Shown: piece by piece, positions 1-10,803 of the stretch
Layout: every line of letters begins with the position of its first letter
How positions within the stretch are numbered: position 1 is the first letter of the stretch
Origin: Candidatus Yonathbacteria bacterium
GTDB lineage: Bacteria; Patescibacteriota; Minisyncoccia; Phycocordibacterales; JACNGX01
DNA: 43,328 nucleotides
Direction: 5' to 3'
Assembly (NCBI GenBank): GCA_013334825.1
Contig: JAAXWR010000001.1
Coordinates: 406,731 to 450,058 of the forward strand
Translations under genes and position numbers: made by a program
Notes under the pieces: generated by a model
Databases searched by the model: none
Told to the model about the DNA's origin: nothing
Seen by the model: only the letters and a program-made list of their open reading frames with translations

Positions 1-58
1 ACATCTCAAGTGCAGTATTGTAAAAAAAGAATCTTTTACATTATCCAAAAGAATACCG

Positions 59-604
59 ATGAAAAAACTTCTTTTCCTTTTTGGCTTTCTGTGCTTTTTG
101 TACACAGGATGTGCGCAAGAAAAAGACACCGCATCCCCACTCACCAAAGAGGGCGACATGTATACGCTTGTCATTACCTCAAAAAGTGCGTGGGACGCTC
201 ATATGAGTGTGAACACATTTGCAAATGAGGTTGGGAAGACACTCAAGTCTTCTTTCCCCGCAAAGGTCATGGACCCAGACGTTCATGTGCGTGTGTTTCG
301 AGACGACACCGGAAAGACGCACTATCGCGTCTCATGCAGTTGTCGTATCGTCCCTGCGCGAAAAGGCGAAACTCCTGATTGTTATTTTGACAGACGAGGG
401 GCACTCATCTCTGGCAAAACACCTGAGAAAGCTTTGACAAACGCTGATGCGGAAATCAGGGACTCAAGGAAGATTGAAGACATGCGGAGACGTTTCCCCC
501 ATGGGGTCATCCCCGATACGTTTGTCAGAACGTCCTTCTCTGGTTCGTCACATGAAGGATATTGGGCGATAAAAGAATACTTCATCGTCGGTCCTAAACC
601 GTAA
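59..604 (+). CDS. Hypothetical lipoprotein
   Basis: 181-aa ORF with MKK, a hydrophobic stretch and a lipobox-like LYTGC; terminator-like hairpin at 611-631 followed by a T-run. Confidence 0.7.
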   Translation: MKKLLFLFGFLCFLYTGCAQEKDTASPLTKEGDMYTLVITSKSAWDAHMSVNTFANEVGKTLKSSFPAKVMDPDVHVRVFRDDTGKTHYRVSCSCRIVPARKGETPDCYFDRRGALISGKTPEKALTNADAEIRDSRKIEDMRRRFPHGVIPDTFVRTSFSGSSHEGYWAIKEYFIVGPKP

Positions 605-777
605 AACTCACATCCCGACATTGCCGGGATGTTTTTATTTTTAACCCTTATTTTTATCAAACAAAAACCCCGCACATATTGATAGCATCAGTCTATCAAA
701 GAACTTGACAATATGTATACAATATGTATTATTCTAAACAGATAACTGTACTTCCAACAACATAACTAATACAAAAA

Positions 778-1284
778 ATGAGCGAATCTTTTAATTCATT
801 GAAAGAGTCTTCGAACTGGCGTAGTAATGTTTTGATTGTATCACTTCTTCTCCTTGCCTTTTGCGGAGTCATCTGGGGAATCGTAGAAATAAACAAGCCC
901 AAAAAAGCTCCGCTAACACCTCCGTTGCAGACCGTACAAAAGCTTGTTCTTGAAAAGGAACGCCTCGCTCTCACGGTAGAAATAACTCCTGAAGGGATGA
1001 TGCGGGTGACTGCTGTGCACCCGGGACCATATGTCCTTATCCTTGATTCAAGATGGAACGGTGTTGGTGTGGGCGACGACCCAATTGAGGGTATCTTCAG
1101 AAGTGAATGCAGTACGAGAAATACTACTGTCGTCGGTCTCGTTCGTTATCTCCCACCTGATTATACGATATCTCTGGCTCACTTTGACCGAAATGGAAAA
1201 CTCGTAAAAACAGTTTCCATTGGATATTCTGAGACCAGTTTGAAATTCAGGAACCGTCCCTTTGGTGTATATGAAACTCCTTAG
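778..1284 (+). CDS. Hypothetical membrane-anchored protein
   Basis: 168-aa ORF with one N-terminal TM segment; TTGACA-N16-TATTAT at 705-732; hairpin AGCGGCCA-TG-TGGCCGCT plus T-run overlapping the stop. Confidence 0.7.
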   Translation: MSESFNSLKESSNWRSNVLIVSLLLLAFCGVIWGIVEINKPKKAPLTPPLQTVQKLVLEKERLALTVEITPEGMMRVTAVHPGPYVLILDSRWNGVGVGDDPIEGIFRSECSTRNTTVVGLVRYLPPDYTISLAHFDRNGKLVKTVSIGYSETSLKFRNRPFGVYETP

Positions 1285-1413
1285 CGGCCATGTGGCCGCT
1301 TTTTGTTTTGTCTTTTTGCTTACGAATGACAAATACGTACGCATGTCTCGCGCCCACATGTGTATGGTTCGAAGAAATTATTAGAGTGACATTTCTTTTA
1401 TCACTATTTTGTC

Positions 1414-1488
1414 TGTCATTCTGGGCTTGACCCGGAATCCAGGTAGTAATGTCCAAGATCTAGATTCCGGGTCAAGCCCGGAATGACA
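1414..1488. repeat. REP-like palindromic element (GTCATTC...GAATGAC type)
   Basis: Inverted arms TGTCATTCTGGGCTTGACCCGGAATC / GATTCCGGGTCAAGCCCGGAATGACA. Confidence 0.75.
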
Positions 1489-1686
1489 AGCTGTTTTTAA
1501 TCTCCTCATTTTTAACTTCTCACCTTTCTCTTCCTTCTTGCTTCGTGATTCTTGCTTCCCGTCTCGTTTCGTACATTCGTACGTATTCGCTATTCGTATC
1601 CCACATTCTAAAACTTCATCCGCGCTTCGCGCGACACGACTATCCCCATTTGCAAAATAATCCCACGTAGTGTACTAATATATGGA

Positions 1687-3846
1687 ATGAAGCTCGTCAT
1701 TGTTGAATCCCCCGCAAAAGCAAAAACGATAGAAAAATATCTTGGCAAAGAATATACCGTGCGCGCAAGCGTCGGTCATGTGCGCGATTTACCCAAGAGT
1801 AATAAAAAAGCGATTGATATTCCTGCTGGATTCGTTCCTCACTATGAGACAATTCCGGGCAAAGACAAAGTCATCAAAGAAATCAAAACACTTGCCACAA
1901 AAGCTGACGAGGTAATTCTCGCGACCGACCCCGACCGTGAAGGAGAAGCAATCGCTTGGCATGTTGCCGAAGCGTTGGGACTCAAAAAACCAAAACGCAG
2001 TACATTCAATGAAATCACCAAAGATGCTGTACAACATGCGATAGCACATCCGCGTGCCATTGATGCCCAACTTGTTTCTGCTCAAGAAGCACGTCGTGTG
2101 CTCGACCGTCTCTTTGGGTATGACCTGTCCGGTCTTATCTGGAAAAAAGTACGCTATGGACTTTCGGCTGGACGTGTTCAATCTCCCGCGCTTCGTATCA
2201 TCATGGAACGCGAACGCGAAATCCGTGCATTCATTCCCGAACCGTATTTCGTTATCACTGCCAATCTTACACACGGTAAAAACACCGTGCCGTTTGTCTG
2301 TACAGAAGAACCAAGTGACACAACAACAGCTGATGCTATTGTTACAAAAGGATATGCAGGCTCATGGATAGTAACAGACGTAAAAGAGAGCGCCCAGAAA
2401 CGCACTCCCTATCCGCCGTTCATTACTTCTACGCTCCAGCAAACTGCAAGCACTCGTCTTGGATACGCGCCTGCGAAAACGATGCAAATCGCGCAGAAAT
2501 TGTATGAAGCAGGACACATCACCTATATGCGTACTGACAGTCCTGCTCTTGCCAAAGAAGCACAGAAAGCAATCATCGCGCACATTACTTCTACATACGG
2601 CAAAGGCATGGTCGCCCCACGTACATTTTCCAGTAAATCAAAAAGTGCCCAAGAAGCACACGAGGCCGTTCGACCAACGCACATGCACGTAGTTTCTGCT
2701 GGGTCAACACCAGAACAAAAACGCCTGTATGAGCTCATTCATGCACGTGCCATCGCCTCCCAAATGGTTGACGCGGAACTCAAAAAAACAAAAATCACCG
2801 CCACCATTACCGAAGGAGGTATTCCCGATTTTGCGGCAAATGGCTCACGGGTGATTTATCCCGGATGGCTATCCGTTGACGGAGATGCGCGAGGCGAAGA
2901 CGTAACACTTCCCCAGATGACCGCGGGTGACGCTCTTGTGTTGAAACATATACATGCCGAAGAAAAGACAACACAACCTCCAGGACGCTATACAGAAGCG
3001 GGTCTCGTTAAAGAACTTGAAAAACGTGGGATTGGTCGTCCTTCCACCTATGCCGCCATCATCAAAACACTTGGAGACCGCGGATATGTCACGCGCGAAA
3101 AACGCACGCTCTTCCCCACCGATACAGGAGACGTCGTCAGTACATTTTTGGAAGAACATTTCGCCGACTATATCAGCGATAACTTTACCGCGCACATGGA
3201 AGACGAACTCGACGAAATCGCCGAAGGCGCGCGCACGTATCTGGCAACCATGCAAGAGTTTTACGGACCATTCACCACCGCTGTCGCAGCGAAAAAAGAC
3301 ATCGATAAACTGACAACGCTTGGTGATGCTGACCCGTCCATGAAATGTCCCAAGTGCAAAGGGACGATGATTATCAAACTCGGAAGAACGGGAACCTTTC
3401 TCTCATGCGCAACATTCCCTGACTGTACTGGCGCGCGCACCATGGAGGGTGAAGAAATGACAGGACCAAAAGAAACAGGCGAGCTCTGTCCAACATGCGG
3501 TTCGCCACTGGTAGAACGCATGGGGAAATATGGTAAATTCATTTCATGTAGCAACTACCCCAAATGCAAATTTATCAAATCTGATCCAGTAGAAGAAGCA
3601 AAAAAGAAAACGGGTGTCCCCTGTCCCAAGTGTGGCAAAGGAGAAATGATGGAACGTCGTGGACGTTTTGGTATCTTTTATTCATGCACCAATTATCCCG
3701 ATTGTAAATATGCCATCAAAGCAAAACCAACGGGAGCGAAGTGTCCCCAGTGCGGAGAACTTATGATGGAAGGAACAAAGACCATTCCTGAACGCTGCTC
3801 GGATAAAGGGTGTCCGAATCATAATCCACATAAGTTAGGAAGATAG
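1687..3846 (+). CDS. topA: DNA topoisomerase I
   Basis: LVIVESPAKAKTI TOPRIM start, ATDPDREGEAI, SAGRVQS, ITYMRTDS catalytic Tyr, C-terminal C4 zinc ribbons. Confidence 0.98.
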   Translation: MKLVIVESPAKAKTIEKYLGKEYTVRASVGHVRDLPKSNKKAIDIPAGFVPHYETIPGKDKVIKEIKTLATKADEVILATDPDREGEAIAWHVAEALGLKKPKRSTFNEITKDAVQHAIAHPRAIDAQLVSAQEARRVLDRLFGYDLSGLIWKKVRYGLSAGRVQSPALRIIMEREREIRAFIPEPYFVITANLTHGKNTVPFVCTEEPSDTTTADAIVTKGYAGSWIVTDVKESAQKRTPYPPFITSTLQQTASTRLGYAPAKTMQIAQKLYEAGHITYMRTDSPALAKEAQKAIIAHITSTYGKGMVAPRTFSSKSKSAQEAHEAVRPTHMHVVSAGSTPEQKRLYELIHARAIASQMVDAELKKTKITATITEGGIPDFAANGSRVIYPGWLSVDGDARGEDVTLPQMTAGDALVLKHIHAEEKTTQPPGRYTEAGLVKELEKRGIGRPSTYAAIIKTLGDRGYVTREKRTLFPTDTGDVVSTFLEEHFADYISDNFTAHMEDELDEIAEGARTYLATMQEFYGPFTTAVAAKKDIDKLTTLGDADPSMKCPKCKGTMIIKLGRTGTFLSCATFPDCTGARTMEGEEMTGPKETGELCPTCGSPLVERMGKYGKFISCSNYPKCKFIKSDPVEEAKKKTGVPCPKCGKGEMMERRGRFGIFYSCTNYPDCKYAIKAKPTGAKCPQCGELMMEGTKTIPERCSDKGCPNHNPHKLGR

Positions 3847-4051
3847 GAGATGAGGAGGATAGGAAGATAGATGTAGGAAAGAGGTTAGAGGTAATAGGTT
3901 ATAGAGACGGACGGAACGGACGTGGAAAAATAGTAGCAAACGTGGCGGGGTGCACCCCGCCACGTTTGTATCAAGCACTTGACAACTAAGTATATTTATA
4001 TATTATACGGGACGGAAGTCATATTGTAAAAACTCATAAAATAGAAAAACC

Positions 4052-4558
4052 ATGAAAAAAAATACTGAGCTCACATTCGAAAAAGTTCTCAGAAACTTTT
4101 TAGGAGATGCCATCATGAACGTCCCTGTCATCCTTCCTGAAAATACGGAGGACGCAGAGGCAGTTATGGCTCTGGAAGAATTGATAACGAAGATCGTATC
4201 CGGTAAAGATATCTTTCGAGATATCATATCGGGTCTTAAAAAAACAGGCGGAAACGTCAGTATCGACATGTCTATCCCCAAAAGACCTGACGGAATGCCT
4301 TCTACGTTTTATCCGTCACAGATAGATATTTTTTGCGAATGTGGAGATTGTGGATTTGCGTCTGTGCGCATGGATGATCTGTCAGTCAGGATACCGAATG
4401 AGGATGGAACAGGACAAGTAGTCATCGAAGTTGTTCCTACCGGCAACCTGTTTCCAAGACGGAAAGTATCTTTAGATATTTGTTGTCCATTTTTAGAAAG
4501 AGATACTTGTATGTGGGTCCAAGCATGTCTTGGTATGACCATCCATACATTGTTATAA
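4052..4558 (+). CDS. Hypothetical protein
   Basis: 168-aa ORF; TTGACA-N16-TATTAT at 3979-4006; terminator AGCCGGC-ACC-GCCGGCT near 4583-4605. Confidence 0.65.
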   Translation: MKKNTELTFEKVLRNFLGDAIMNVPVILPENTEDAEAVMALEELITKIVSGKDIFRDIISGLKKTGGNVSIDMSIPKRPDGMPSTFYPSQIDIFCECGDCGFASVRMDDLSVRIPNEDGTGQVVIEVVPTGNLFPRRKVSLDICCPFLERDTCMWVQACLGMTIHTLL

Positions 4559-4726
4559 AAACGACAAGGATATAAAAAATATAGCCGGCACCGCCGGCTA
4601 TTTTTGTATAAAAATAGATTGTGTCAGAGAAAAATCCAACCACCTTCTGTTTTTTATTATTTTTTTATATTTCATGGTTTATCTTTTTAATGTTTTAATC
4701 TCTTTATTTCATGCTATAATCTCATC

Positions 4727-6262
4727 ATGTCTGAAGCAAAACAAAATGACACAACAGAAAACCATGACCTAGATATCTCTTCCCCCGCCACTCTTCCCGA
4801 CGTGCAAGATATCCTTTCTCTCATGACCAATCCGTCCGAAACGGATATCGCTCTTATTAAAAAAGCATATGAAGCAGCACTACAAGCACACGAAGGGGTA
4901 ACACGTTTTACTGGTGAACCGTATTTCAACCACGTGTTTGAAACCGCAAAAACATTGGCGCGCATGCACATGGACGCAACGACGATTGCCGCAGGATTTC
5001 TCCATGACACCATTGAGGACGGTCATATGACAGAAAAAGAAATGGAAGAACAATTTGGCACGGATATACTGTTTCTCGTAGACGGTGTTACAAAACTGGG
5101 CAAACTCAAATACCGTGGCATGGAACGCCATACAGAAAGTCTCCGCAAACTTTTTATTGCAACCGCCAAAGACATTCGCGTCATCATGATTCGTCTCGCG
5201 GATCGTCTTCATAATGTAACCACACTCTACGGACATCCCAAAGAAGATAAACGCAAACGAATTGCCCTTGAAACACTCGAGATATACGCACCTCTTGCCG
5301 ACCGCCTCGGTATTGGTTTTATGAAGGGCGAACTGGAAGATGCGGCGTTTGAATACGCATACCCCGAAGATTACAAAAAAGTAAAAGAGCTTCTCAAACA
5401 AAAGAGCAAGACAGATCAAGATTATCTGGAAAAAGTCCGTCGCACGCTTCAGAAATCACTTGCTGAAGAAAAGATTGATGTCGTCCACATGGATTATCGC
5501 ATCAAAAAAATCTACAGTCTCTTTCGCAAATTAAAACGCAAAAATATGGAAATCGACAAAGTATATGATATCGTCGCGCTTCGTGTCATTGTGCCGACTG
5601 TGTCTGACTGTTATCGAGTTCTTGGTGTTATTCATGGACTTTGGCGACCACTCCCCGGACGTATCAAAGATTATATCGCTCTTCCAAAATTAAACGGGTA
5701 TCAGAGTATTCATACCACTATCTTTACGGGTGATGGCGGTATTGCAGAAATCCAAGTACGCACACCAGAAATGCACGCCGAAGCAGAACTCGGTATCGCC
5801 TCACATGTGATGTACAAAGAATTGGGCGCAAATGGTGGAAATGGAAATGGAAAAAAACTAGATTGGATAGAGCAACTTCTTGAAGCACAAAAAACAGCAC
5901 AGGGTGGTGAATTTCTCAAAGATCTTCGTATGGACTTTTTTAGCGACCGCGTCTTTGTCTTTACACCCGCTGGTGATGTTGTCGACCTCCCTACGGGCTC
6001 GTCTCCAGTAGACTTTGCATTTACCATTCATACCGATATCGGTATGCATATGTCCGGTGCAAAAGTAAACGGCAAGATGGTTTCCCTTGATACACCACTT
6101 GTGGGAGGTGATATTGTCGAAATCATCACGGCAAAACATGTAAAGCCAACCAGCAAGTGGCTCAAATATGCCAAGTCCTCAATGGCACAACGACGCATTC
6201 GCGCATATCTTCAAAAAGAAGGCGCAGGAAGTGGTATTGGGAAGTTTTGGATGAAAGGTTAG
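4727..6262 (+). CDS. rel: RelA/SpoT family (p)ppGpp synthetase/hydrolase (HD + synthetase + TGS, no ACT domain)
   Basis: GEPYFNH, LHDTIED, LADRLHN, RIKDYIALPKLNGYQSIHT, EIQVRT, TGS (DFAFTIHT...GAKVNG). Confidence 0.95.
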   Translation: MSEAKQNDTTENHDLDISSPATLPDVQDILSLMTNPSETDIALIKKAYEAALQAHEGVTRFTGEPYFNHVFETAKTLARMHMDATTIAAGFLHDTIEDGHMTEKEMEEQFGTDILFLVDGVTKLGKLKYRGMERHTESLRKLFIATAKDIRVIMIRLADRLHNVTTLYGHPKEDKRKRIALETLEIYAPLADRLGIGFMKGELEDAAFEYAYPEDYKKVKELLKQKSKTDQDYLEKVRRTLQKSLAEEKIDVVHMDYRIKKIYSLFRKLKRKNMEIDKVYDIVALRVIVPTVSDCYRVLGVIHGLWRPLPGRIKDYIALPKLNGYQSIHTTIFTGDGGIAEIQVRTPEMHAEAELGIASHVMYKELGANGGNGNGKKLDWIEQLLEAQKTAQGGEFLKDLRMDFFSDRVFVFTPAGDVVDLPTGSSPVDFAFTIHTDIGMHMSGAKVNGKMVSLDTPLVGGDIVEIITAKHVKPTSKWLKYAKSSMAQRRIRAYLQKEGAGSGIGKFWMKG

Positions 6263-6266
6263 AGAT

Positions 6267-6318
6267 GAAACATTAGGTTAAACCTAGCGGTACTCCGCTA
6301 GGTTTAACCTAATGTTTC
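6267..6318. repeat. Long palindrome with nested AGGTTWAACCT motifs
   Basis: GAAACATTAGGTTAAACCTAGCGG-TACT-CCGCTAGGTTTAACCTAATGTTTC, perfect 24-bp arms. Confidence 0.8.
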
Positions 6319-6495
6319 CCTAGAACAATTGATGGAACATGTAATGGGAAATTAAAAATATAGAGACAACAAAAATATAGACATCCCAATCTTACTTCAA
6401 ATTTTTAATCAGAATATCTACACTTTTTCATACATACAAAATACCGGCACGAATGCCGGTATGCTATTATTTTTTCTCTTAAAATCACGAAAAAA

Positions 6496-6963
6496 TTATG
6501 AATGAAGAGCGCACCACACATGATGTGCAATCATCCCCTCTCCTATGTCATCTTTTCTTTCTTCGGGCTTCACATACATATAATTGAAGTAACTTCCTTT
6601 CGGAGTTCCTCCAAAAGAAAAGACTCTTCCAGACTCATCTTCAGGAAAGATATGCACGCGGACACCCCTTTCACAGAGAATGGTGATGGCCACCCTGTTA
6701 TGTGTCTCATAAAGGGTGAAACGCATACTCTGAGCACCAAAGATTTTCATTCCCTCTTCTATGGCAAAAAGATATTCATCACCATGAAGAATAATCTTTT
6801 GAAAAAAACACGCCAAAAGGAGATTCTTTCTTTTCTCATCCTCCAAAATACATTCAGATGAAGTGTAGAAAGCAAAATCGTATTTCTCCATCATTTTCTT
6901 CATGAAGGTATTGGCTTCTACAAAGATCCCTTTTGCATTTTCAAACATTAATGTTTTTGTCAT
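6496..6963 (-). CDS. Hypothetical protein
   Basis: 155-aa ORF; minus-strand TTGACA-N16-TATTAT at 7058-7031; hairpin ATACCGGCA-CGAA-TGCCGGTAT at 6441-6462. Confidence 0.65.
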   Translation of the reverse strand: MTKTLMFENAKGIFVEANTFMKKMMEKYDFAFYTSSECILEDEKRKNLLLACFFQKIILHGDEYLFAIEEGMKIFGAQSMRFTLYETHNRVAITILCERGVRVHIFPEDESGRVFSFGGTPKGSYFNYMYVKPEERKDDIGEGMIAHHVWCALHS

Positions 6964-7094
6964 TGTTATTTATTTAGAATGAATGTTCGGGGATTTACTT
7001 TACACCCCAAACGAAAATACTTCTCGTAGTATAATACATAAAAATGAAATATTGTCAACACAGCGCGGGCGTGAGCCCGCGCTGTGTTGTATTC

Positions 7095-7330
7095 ATATCG
7101 TTTCGAATGTTCCCTAGCACTGTGCACCACGTGGTGCACAGTGCAAACACACAAGTTCGTACTTCGTAACCCCTCATCCCCGTCCCGTTTCGTATGTTCC
7201 CTAGCACCACGTGGGGTGCGGGGCAAGCATACAAGTTCGTACTTCGTAACCCTTAATTTGTCTTTCGTATTCTTGATTCGTGCTTCGTGCTTCGTGCTTC
7301 CCTGCACCACGTAGGGTGCAGGGCACGCTT
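7095..7330. repeat. Composite intergenic repeat: TTCGT(A/G)Y heptamer tracts with three GCACCACGT..GGTGC palindromes
   Basis: Palindromes near 7118-7144, 7205-7220 and 7300-7323; direct repeat CAAGTTCGTACTTCGTAACCC twice; related tracts at 1540-1600 and 29490-29660. Confidence 0.7.
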
Positions 7331-7395
7331 GATTCAAGCGTCCGTCCTATAACCTATTTCCTCTAACCTATCTCCTACATTCGTATCCCCTGCGT

Positions 7396-8598
7396 CTATA
7401 CAACAAAATTTCGTACGGAATACAAGTCTTCCTCCTCTGCCGGTGGTACCACTCTGGGAGTTTCTTCTGTTATTTCTTCTGTTTCCGCACGGTCAATTTC
7501 TTCACGACTCCTGTCGTCAATCGGTGTTAAATCTTCTGCTTCCATACTATACGGAAGGTTTTCGGGAACGTTTGCTTGCATTTCCTCAACTGGCACTCTA
7601 TAGGGTGTTTCGACAGCATCATCCGGCAAAGAGACGATGCTCTCCTCCATCTTTGTTACTGCTTCGGCGTTTTGGGCAATGATTCCTTCTGTTCTGTCAT
7701 TTCGTTCGTCTTTTGGAAGTGCGGCAATGGGTACCATATCGGGATGAATACGTGACACCCCATTCCCTTTCAAGTGTAGCGCATCGAGAATAAAGCGAAT
7801 ATCGTCATTGGAAAAGAAATCAATGGTAATCTTGCCACCCACATCCTTGCGGTCAATACGCACACGCGTACCGAGGGCTTCAGTCAGCTTTTCTTCCATC
7901 TCTACCATCTCTGGGTCAAGTGTATGTTTACGCACGCGGTCATACGCAATGCGTCGCGCGATACCTTCTGCCTCACGCACCGACATCTTCTTGAATGTTA
8001 TTTCTTTAAAGAGCGTCAACTGCTCTTCAGGTCGGTCGCCCAACATAAGAAGCGGTCGCGTATGCCCTTCGGAAATCTTACCCGTTGATATAGCATCGAG
8101 CACTTCTTGCGGAAGCGAGAGCAAACGTACGGTATTAGAAACGTATTCACGACTCTTCCCTACTTTTTTGGCAATTTCTACATGCTTGAAACCAAATTCA
8201 TCCATCAACTTGCGAAACGCGACCGCACGATCAACAGGGTTCAAGTCCTCACGTTGCAAGTTTTCAATAATGGCAAGTTCCAATTTCATTCGGCTGTCGT
8301 CTTCCATCACGCGAATAACCGCCGGCACCTGAATGAGTCCCGCGAGCTTGGACGCGCGAAGACGTCGTTCGCCCGCGATAAGCTCGTACTCAACTCCCAT
8401 GCCACCATCGTCTTTTGCAAATTCCCTCCGCGTCACCACGAGTGGCTGGAGCACGCCATACATACGAATGGAGTCCGCAAGTTCGCGAAGCGCGCCCTCA
8501 TCAAATTCACGCCGTGGCTGATACGGATTTGGTTTAATCTTTTCAACTTCAATATGAAAAATGGCATTCTCAAAATATGGTTGTTGTGGTGTGGACAT
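7396..8598 (-). CDS. parB: ParB/Spo0J chromosome partitioning protein with acidic C-terminal tail
   Basis: PNPYQPRREF, GVLQPLVV, IAGERRLRA, IIENLQREDLNP, HTH; start reassigned to MSTPQ (8598). Confidence 0.93.
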   Translation of the reverse strand: MSTPQQPYFENAIFHIEVEKIKPNPYQPRREFDEGALRELADSIRMYGVLQPLVVTRREFAKDDGGMGVEYELIAGERRLRASKLAGLIQVPAVIRVMEDDSRMKLELAIIENLQREDLNPVDRAVAFRKLMDEFGFKHVEIAKKVGKSREYVSNTVRLLSLPQEVLDAISTGKISEGHTRPLLMLGDRPEEQLTLFKEITFKKMSVREAEGIARRIAYDRVRKHTLDPEMVEMEEKLTEALGTRVRIDRKDVGGKITIDFFSNDDIRFILDALHLKGNGVSRIHPDMVPIAALPKDERNDRTEGIIAQNAEAVTKMEESIVSLPDDAVETPYRVPVEEMQANVPENLPYSMEAEDLTPIDDRSREEIDRAETEEITEETPRVVPPAEEEDLYSVRNFVV

Positions 8599-8814
8599 GA
8601 TGTGACAAAAATAAGAAAGGGTAACGGAAGCATTATACCATATCAGGAGACAAGTATAAAAATCGTAGTCCATTTTTATGTATCGATATGCAAGGGCCTA
8701 TTCATATATCCCTATGATACGTAAACCTGTCACAACAGATTGACAAATATACATATTTATGCATAATGCAATCAGCGTTTTTCTCCATTCCACAATACAA
8801 ACCGAACAAACATC

Positions 8815-9570
8815 ATGAAAAAGAACAACGATTTGGTCATCGGGCGCGTCGCAATTGCCAGGGAACATTCATCCTGGACGGGTCACAATTTTATTATGGG
8901 TTCAATATCCTTGATGATAAGTATTGGAGTCTTTGGAAGCTTTACGGCTTATTCAAGCCCGGAAGGTCTCTCTGCACCTATCGACTCTTCATTCTTCTTG
9001 GTCATCCCTCTGTCCGTAATCGTCTGGTACATCCTGAAGTGCTCACATTTCTTGATTAACCTGTTGCGGTACAAGTCCCTTCTCCAAAAGAAAAAAGAGT
9101 TTGTGGAAGAGCATATCATGCTCGCAAACAAGATGGTGAGGGATATTGATACAATATATCTCGCTATCGAAAGTATTGACAGCAATTCCCCGGAGCTCTT
9201 CAACCTCATCAAAGGCATTGAGAGGAAGTTGTCATCTCTTGATATCCATGCACTGTTTGCTCTGGCAGATGAAAACTATACGGGTAGCGGCGAACAGATG
9301 CAAAGATGTTATCGCAGTGTACGGGAATCTTTTACAATCATCAACATGCCCGATATTCTTTTTGATATCGCGACAAATACAGAAGAGACATTGACTGTAA
9401 AAGATGAACTGAAAAGACGATGCCAGGATGCCGCCAACTCGTTTATACTCTTTTCCGCGGTGGCACACAGAAATCTGAGAAAGATGATTACGATGAAAAA
9501 GATTCTTCTCAACGCCATCAAAAACAAGCTTGGAAAACTCGTGACCTCCGAATACGTAGAAGCCGAGTAA
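8815..9570 (+). CDS. Hypothetical membrane protein (two N-terminal TM segments, helical C-terminus)
   Basis: 251-aa ORF; TTGACA-N16-CATAAT at 8740-8767; hairpin AGCCGAGT-AAC-ACTCGGCT plus T-run spanning the stop. Confidence 0.7.
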   Translation: MKKNNDLVIGRVAIAREHSSWTGHNFIMGSISLMISIGVFGSFTAYSSPEGLSAPIDSSFFLVIPLSVIVWYILKCSHFLINLLRYKSLLQKKKEFVEEHIMLANKMVRDIDTIYLAIESIDSNSPELFNLIKGIERKLSSLDIHALFALADENYTGSGEQMQRCYRSVRESFTIINMPDILFDIATNTEETLTVKDELKRRCQDAANSFILFSAVAHRNLRKMITMKKILLNAIKNKLGKLVTSEYVEAE

Positions 9571-9654
9571 CACTCGGCTTTTTTGTTTGTCATGTTTTCA
9601 TGCATATATATCTTTCTTGATTCTTTGTGTTTTTTCCAGTATCATGCATGTCAT

Positions 9655-9741
9655 GCCGAGGTGGCGAAATTGGTAGACGCAGTAGACTCAAAATCTGCCG
9701 GTGGCAACACCATGAGGGTTCAAGTCCCTCCCTCGGCACCA
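9655..9741 (+). tRNA. tRNA-Leu(CAA)
   Basis: GCCGAGG/CCTCGGC acceptor stem, anticodon loop CT-CAA-AA, long variable arm, GGTTCAAGTCC T arm, encoded CCA. Confidence 0.96.
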
Positions 9742-10146
9742 CAAAAAAGTCCCGATTCGTTCGGGACTTTTTTGTGGTGCCGAGGAGCGAGCCAACTGCT
9801 TGGCTCGCGTGAGGGACTTGAAGGCCACAGCCATATCGGAGCACTTGTGCTTCGATGGCGAGGCGGGGTCGCGAACACTTTGCATAATACGAGCTTTAGC
9901 GAAGTATTATGCTTAGTGATTCGTGACCAAGTCCAGATTGTGAGGGACTTGAACCGAGCACCACTTTTGTAATGACAAAAGTTGTGCTCGGCGTCCAGCG
10001 ATACTTAGTGAGCGACCAGCTCTGCTGGAAGCGAGCTTAGTAATCGCGGGACAAGTCCCGACCGAGGAGCGAGCCAACTGCTTGCCTTCCGCTCGCCTCA
10101 CCGAGACACTTTCACAGAAAAGTGAAGGTGGGTGAAGGGCTTGAAA
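9742..10146 (+). repeat. tRNA-associated structured repeat, about 2.5 units matched to tRNA-Leu(CAA)
   Basis: Antisense TGGTGCCGAGG, hairpin A AGCGAGCCAACTGCTTGGCTCGCG, antisense T arm GAGGGACTTGAA (9811, 9942), hairpins B and C, sense CAAGTCC. Confidence 0.85.
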
Positions 10147-10305
10147 TAATGAGAAATCAAAGTACTTTACCAACGTATACACTACTGTTCTATATCCACC
10201 TTATACATATACTTATCACAAAACAAATACGACCTTGAATCATATTGCCTTATCTGCTATATTCCTTTCAACTTGTCCTTTCTATAAAACATAACAATAT
10301 ATGCT

Positions 10306-10788
10306 ATGCAAAAAATAAAAGAAAATAGGGAGCCGTTTCAAGTCATGCCTCCTGTCTACGACATGCCAGCACTTGTCCATCTCTGGAGACGATCGTGCAG
10401 ACTTGGTGAAGTATGCAAGATTGCTCAAGATATTATTCGGAGACAAGAACGTCTATCTGAAAACAATTTTGAGGTAAACCCGAAAAATCTTGTTGAGAGA
10501 TTTTGTGCTCTTGCAAAAAGAAACACGGACGAAAAAAGACCTATCAAACTCTTTCGTTATTCTCCTGATGGAGAATCCATGAAGTCTTTTGAAGTTACAG
10601 GTGTAGAAGTATCTATTCCTCCAGGTCATATATTCTCCATAGAGACATTTGTCCCTGAAGAGTGGGCGCGAGACACGCTGAACGCATTATTTGAAAAAGG
10701 TGTGTTTGCGCTCAACCTGAATCTACCCGAACATGAGCGAGGGTATGCAATTGCCCTCACACCTCCACACAAAAAACCCGACGCCTGA
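10306..10788 (+). CDS. Hypothetical protein
   Basis: 160-aa ORF; TTGAAT-N17-TATATT upstream; hairpin CCCGACGC-CTGA-GCGTCGGG contains the stop codon. Confidence 0.65.
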   Translation: MQKIKENREPFQVMPPVYDMPALVHLWRRSCRLGEVCKIAQDIIRRQERLSENNFEVNPKNLVERFCALAKRNTDEKRPIKLFRYSPDGESMKSFEVTGVEVSIPPGHIFSIETFVPEEWARDTLNALFEKGVFALNLNLPEHERGYAIALTPPHKKPDA

Positions 10789-10803
10789 GCGTCGGGATTA
10801 TTT

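Noticed and set aside
4005-4018. ATACGGGACGGAAG after a promoter, similar to the array leader start ATACAGGGACGGAAG
   Set aside because: The match is short and similarity does not extend; may be chance
9583-10182. ORFs overlapping tRNA-Leu(CAA) and its trailer (likewise 20834-22387)
   Set aside because: Shadow ORFs over tRNAs and repeats; the shared peptides come from the repeat
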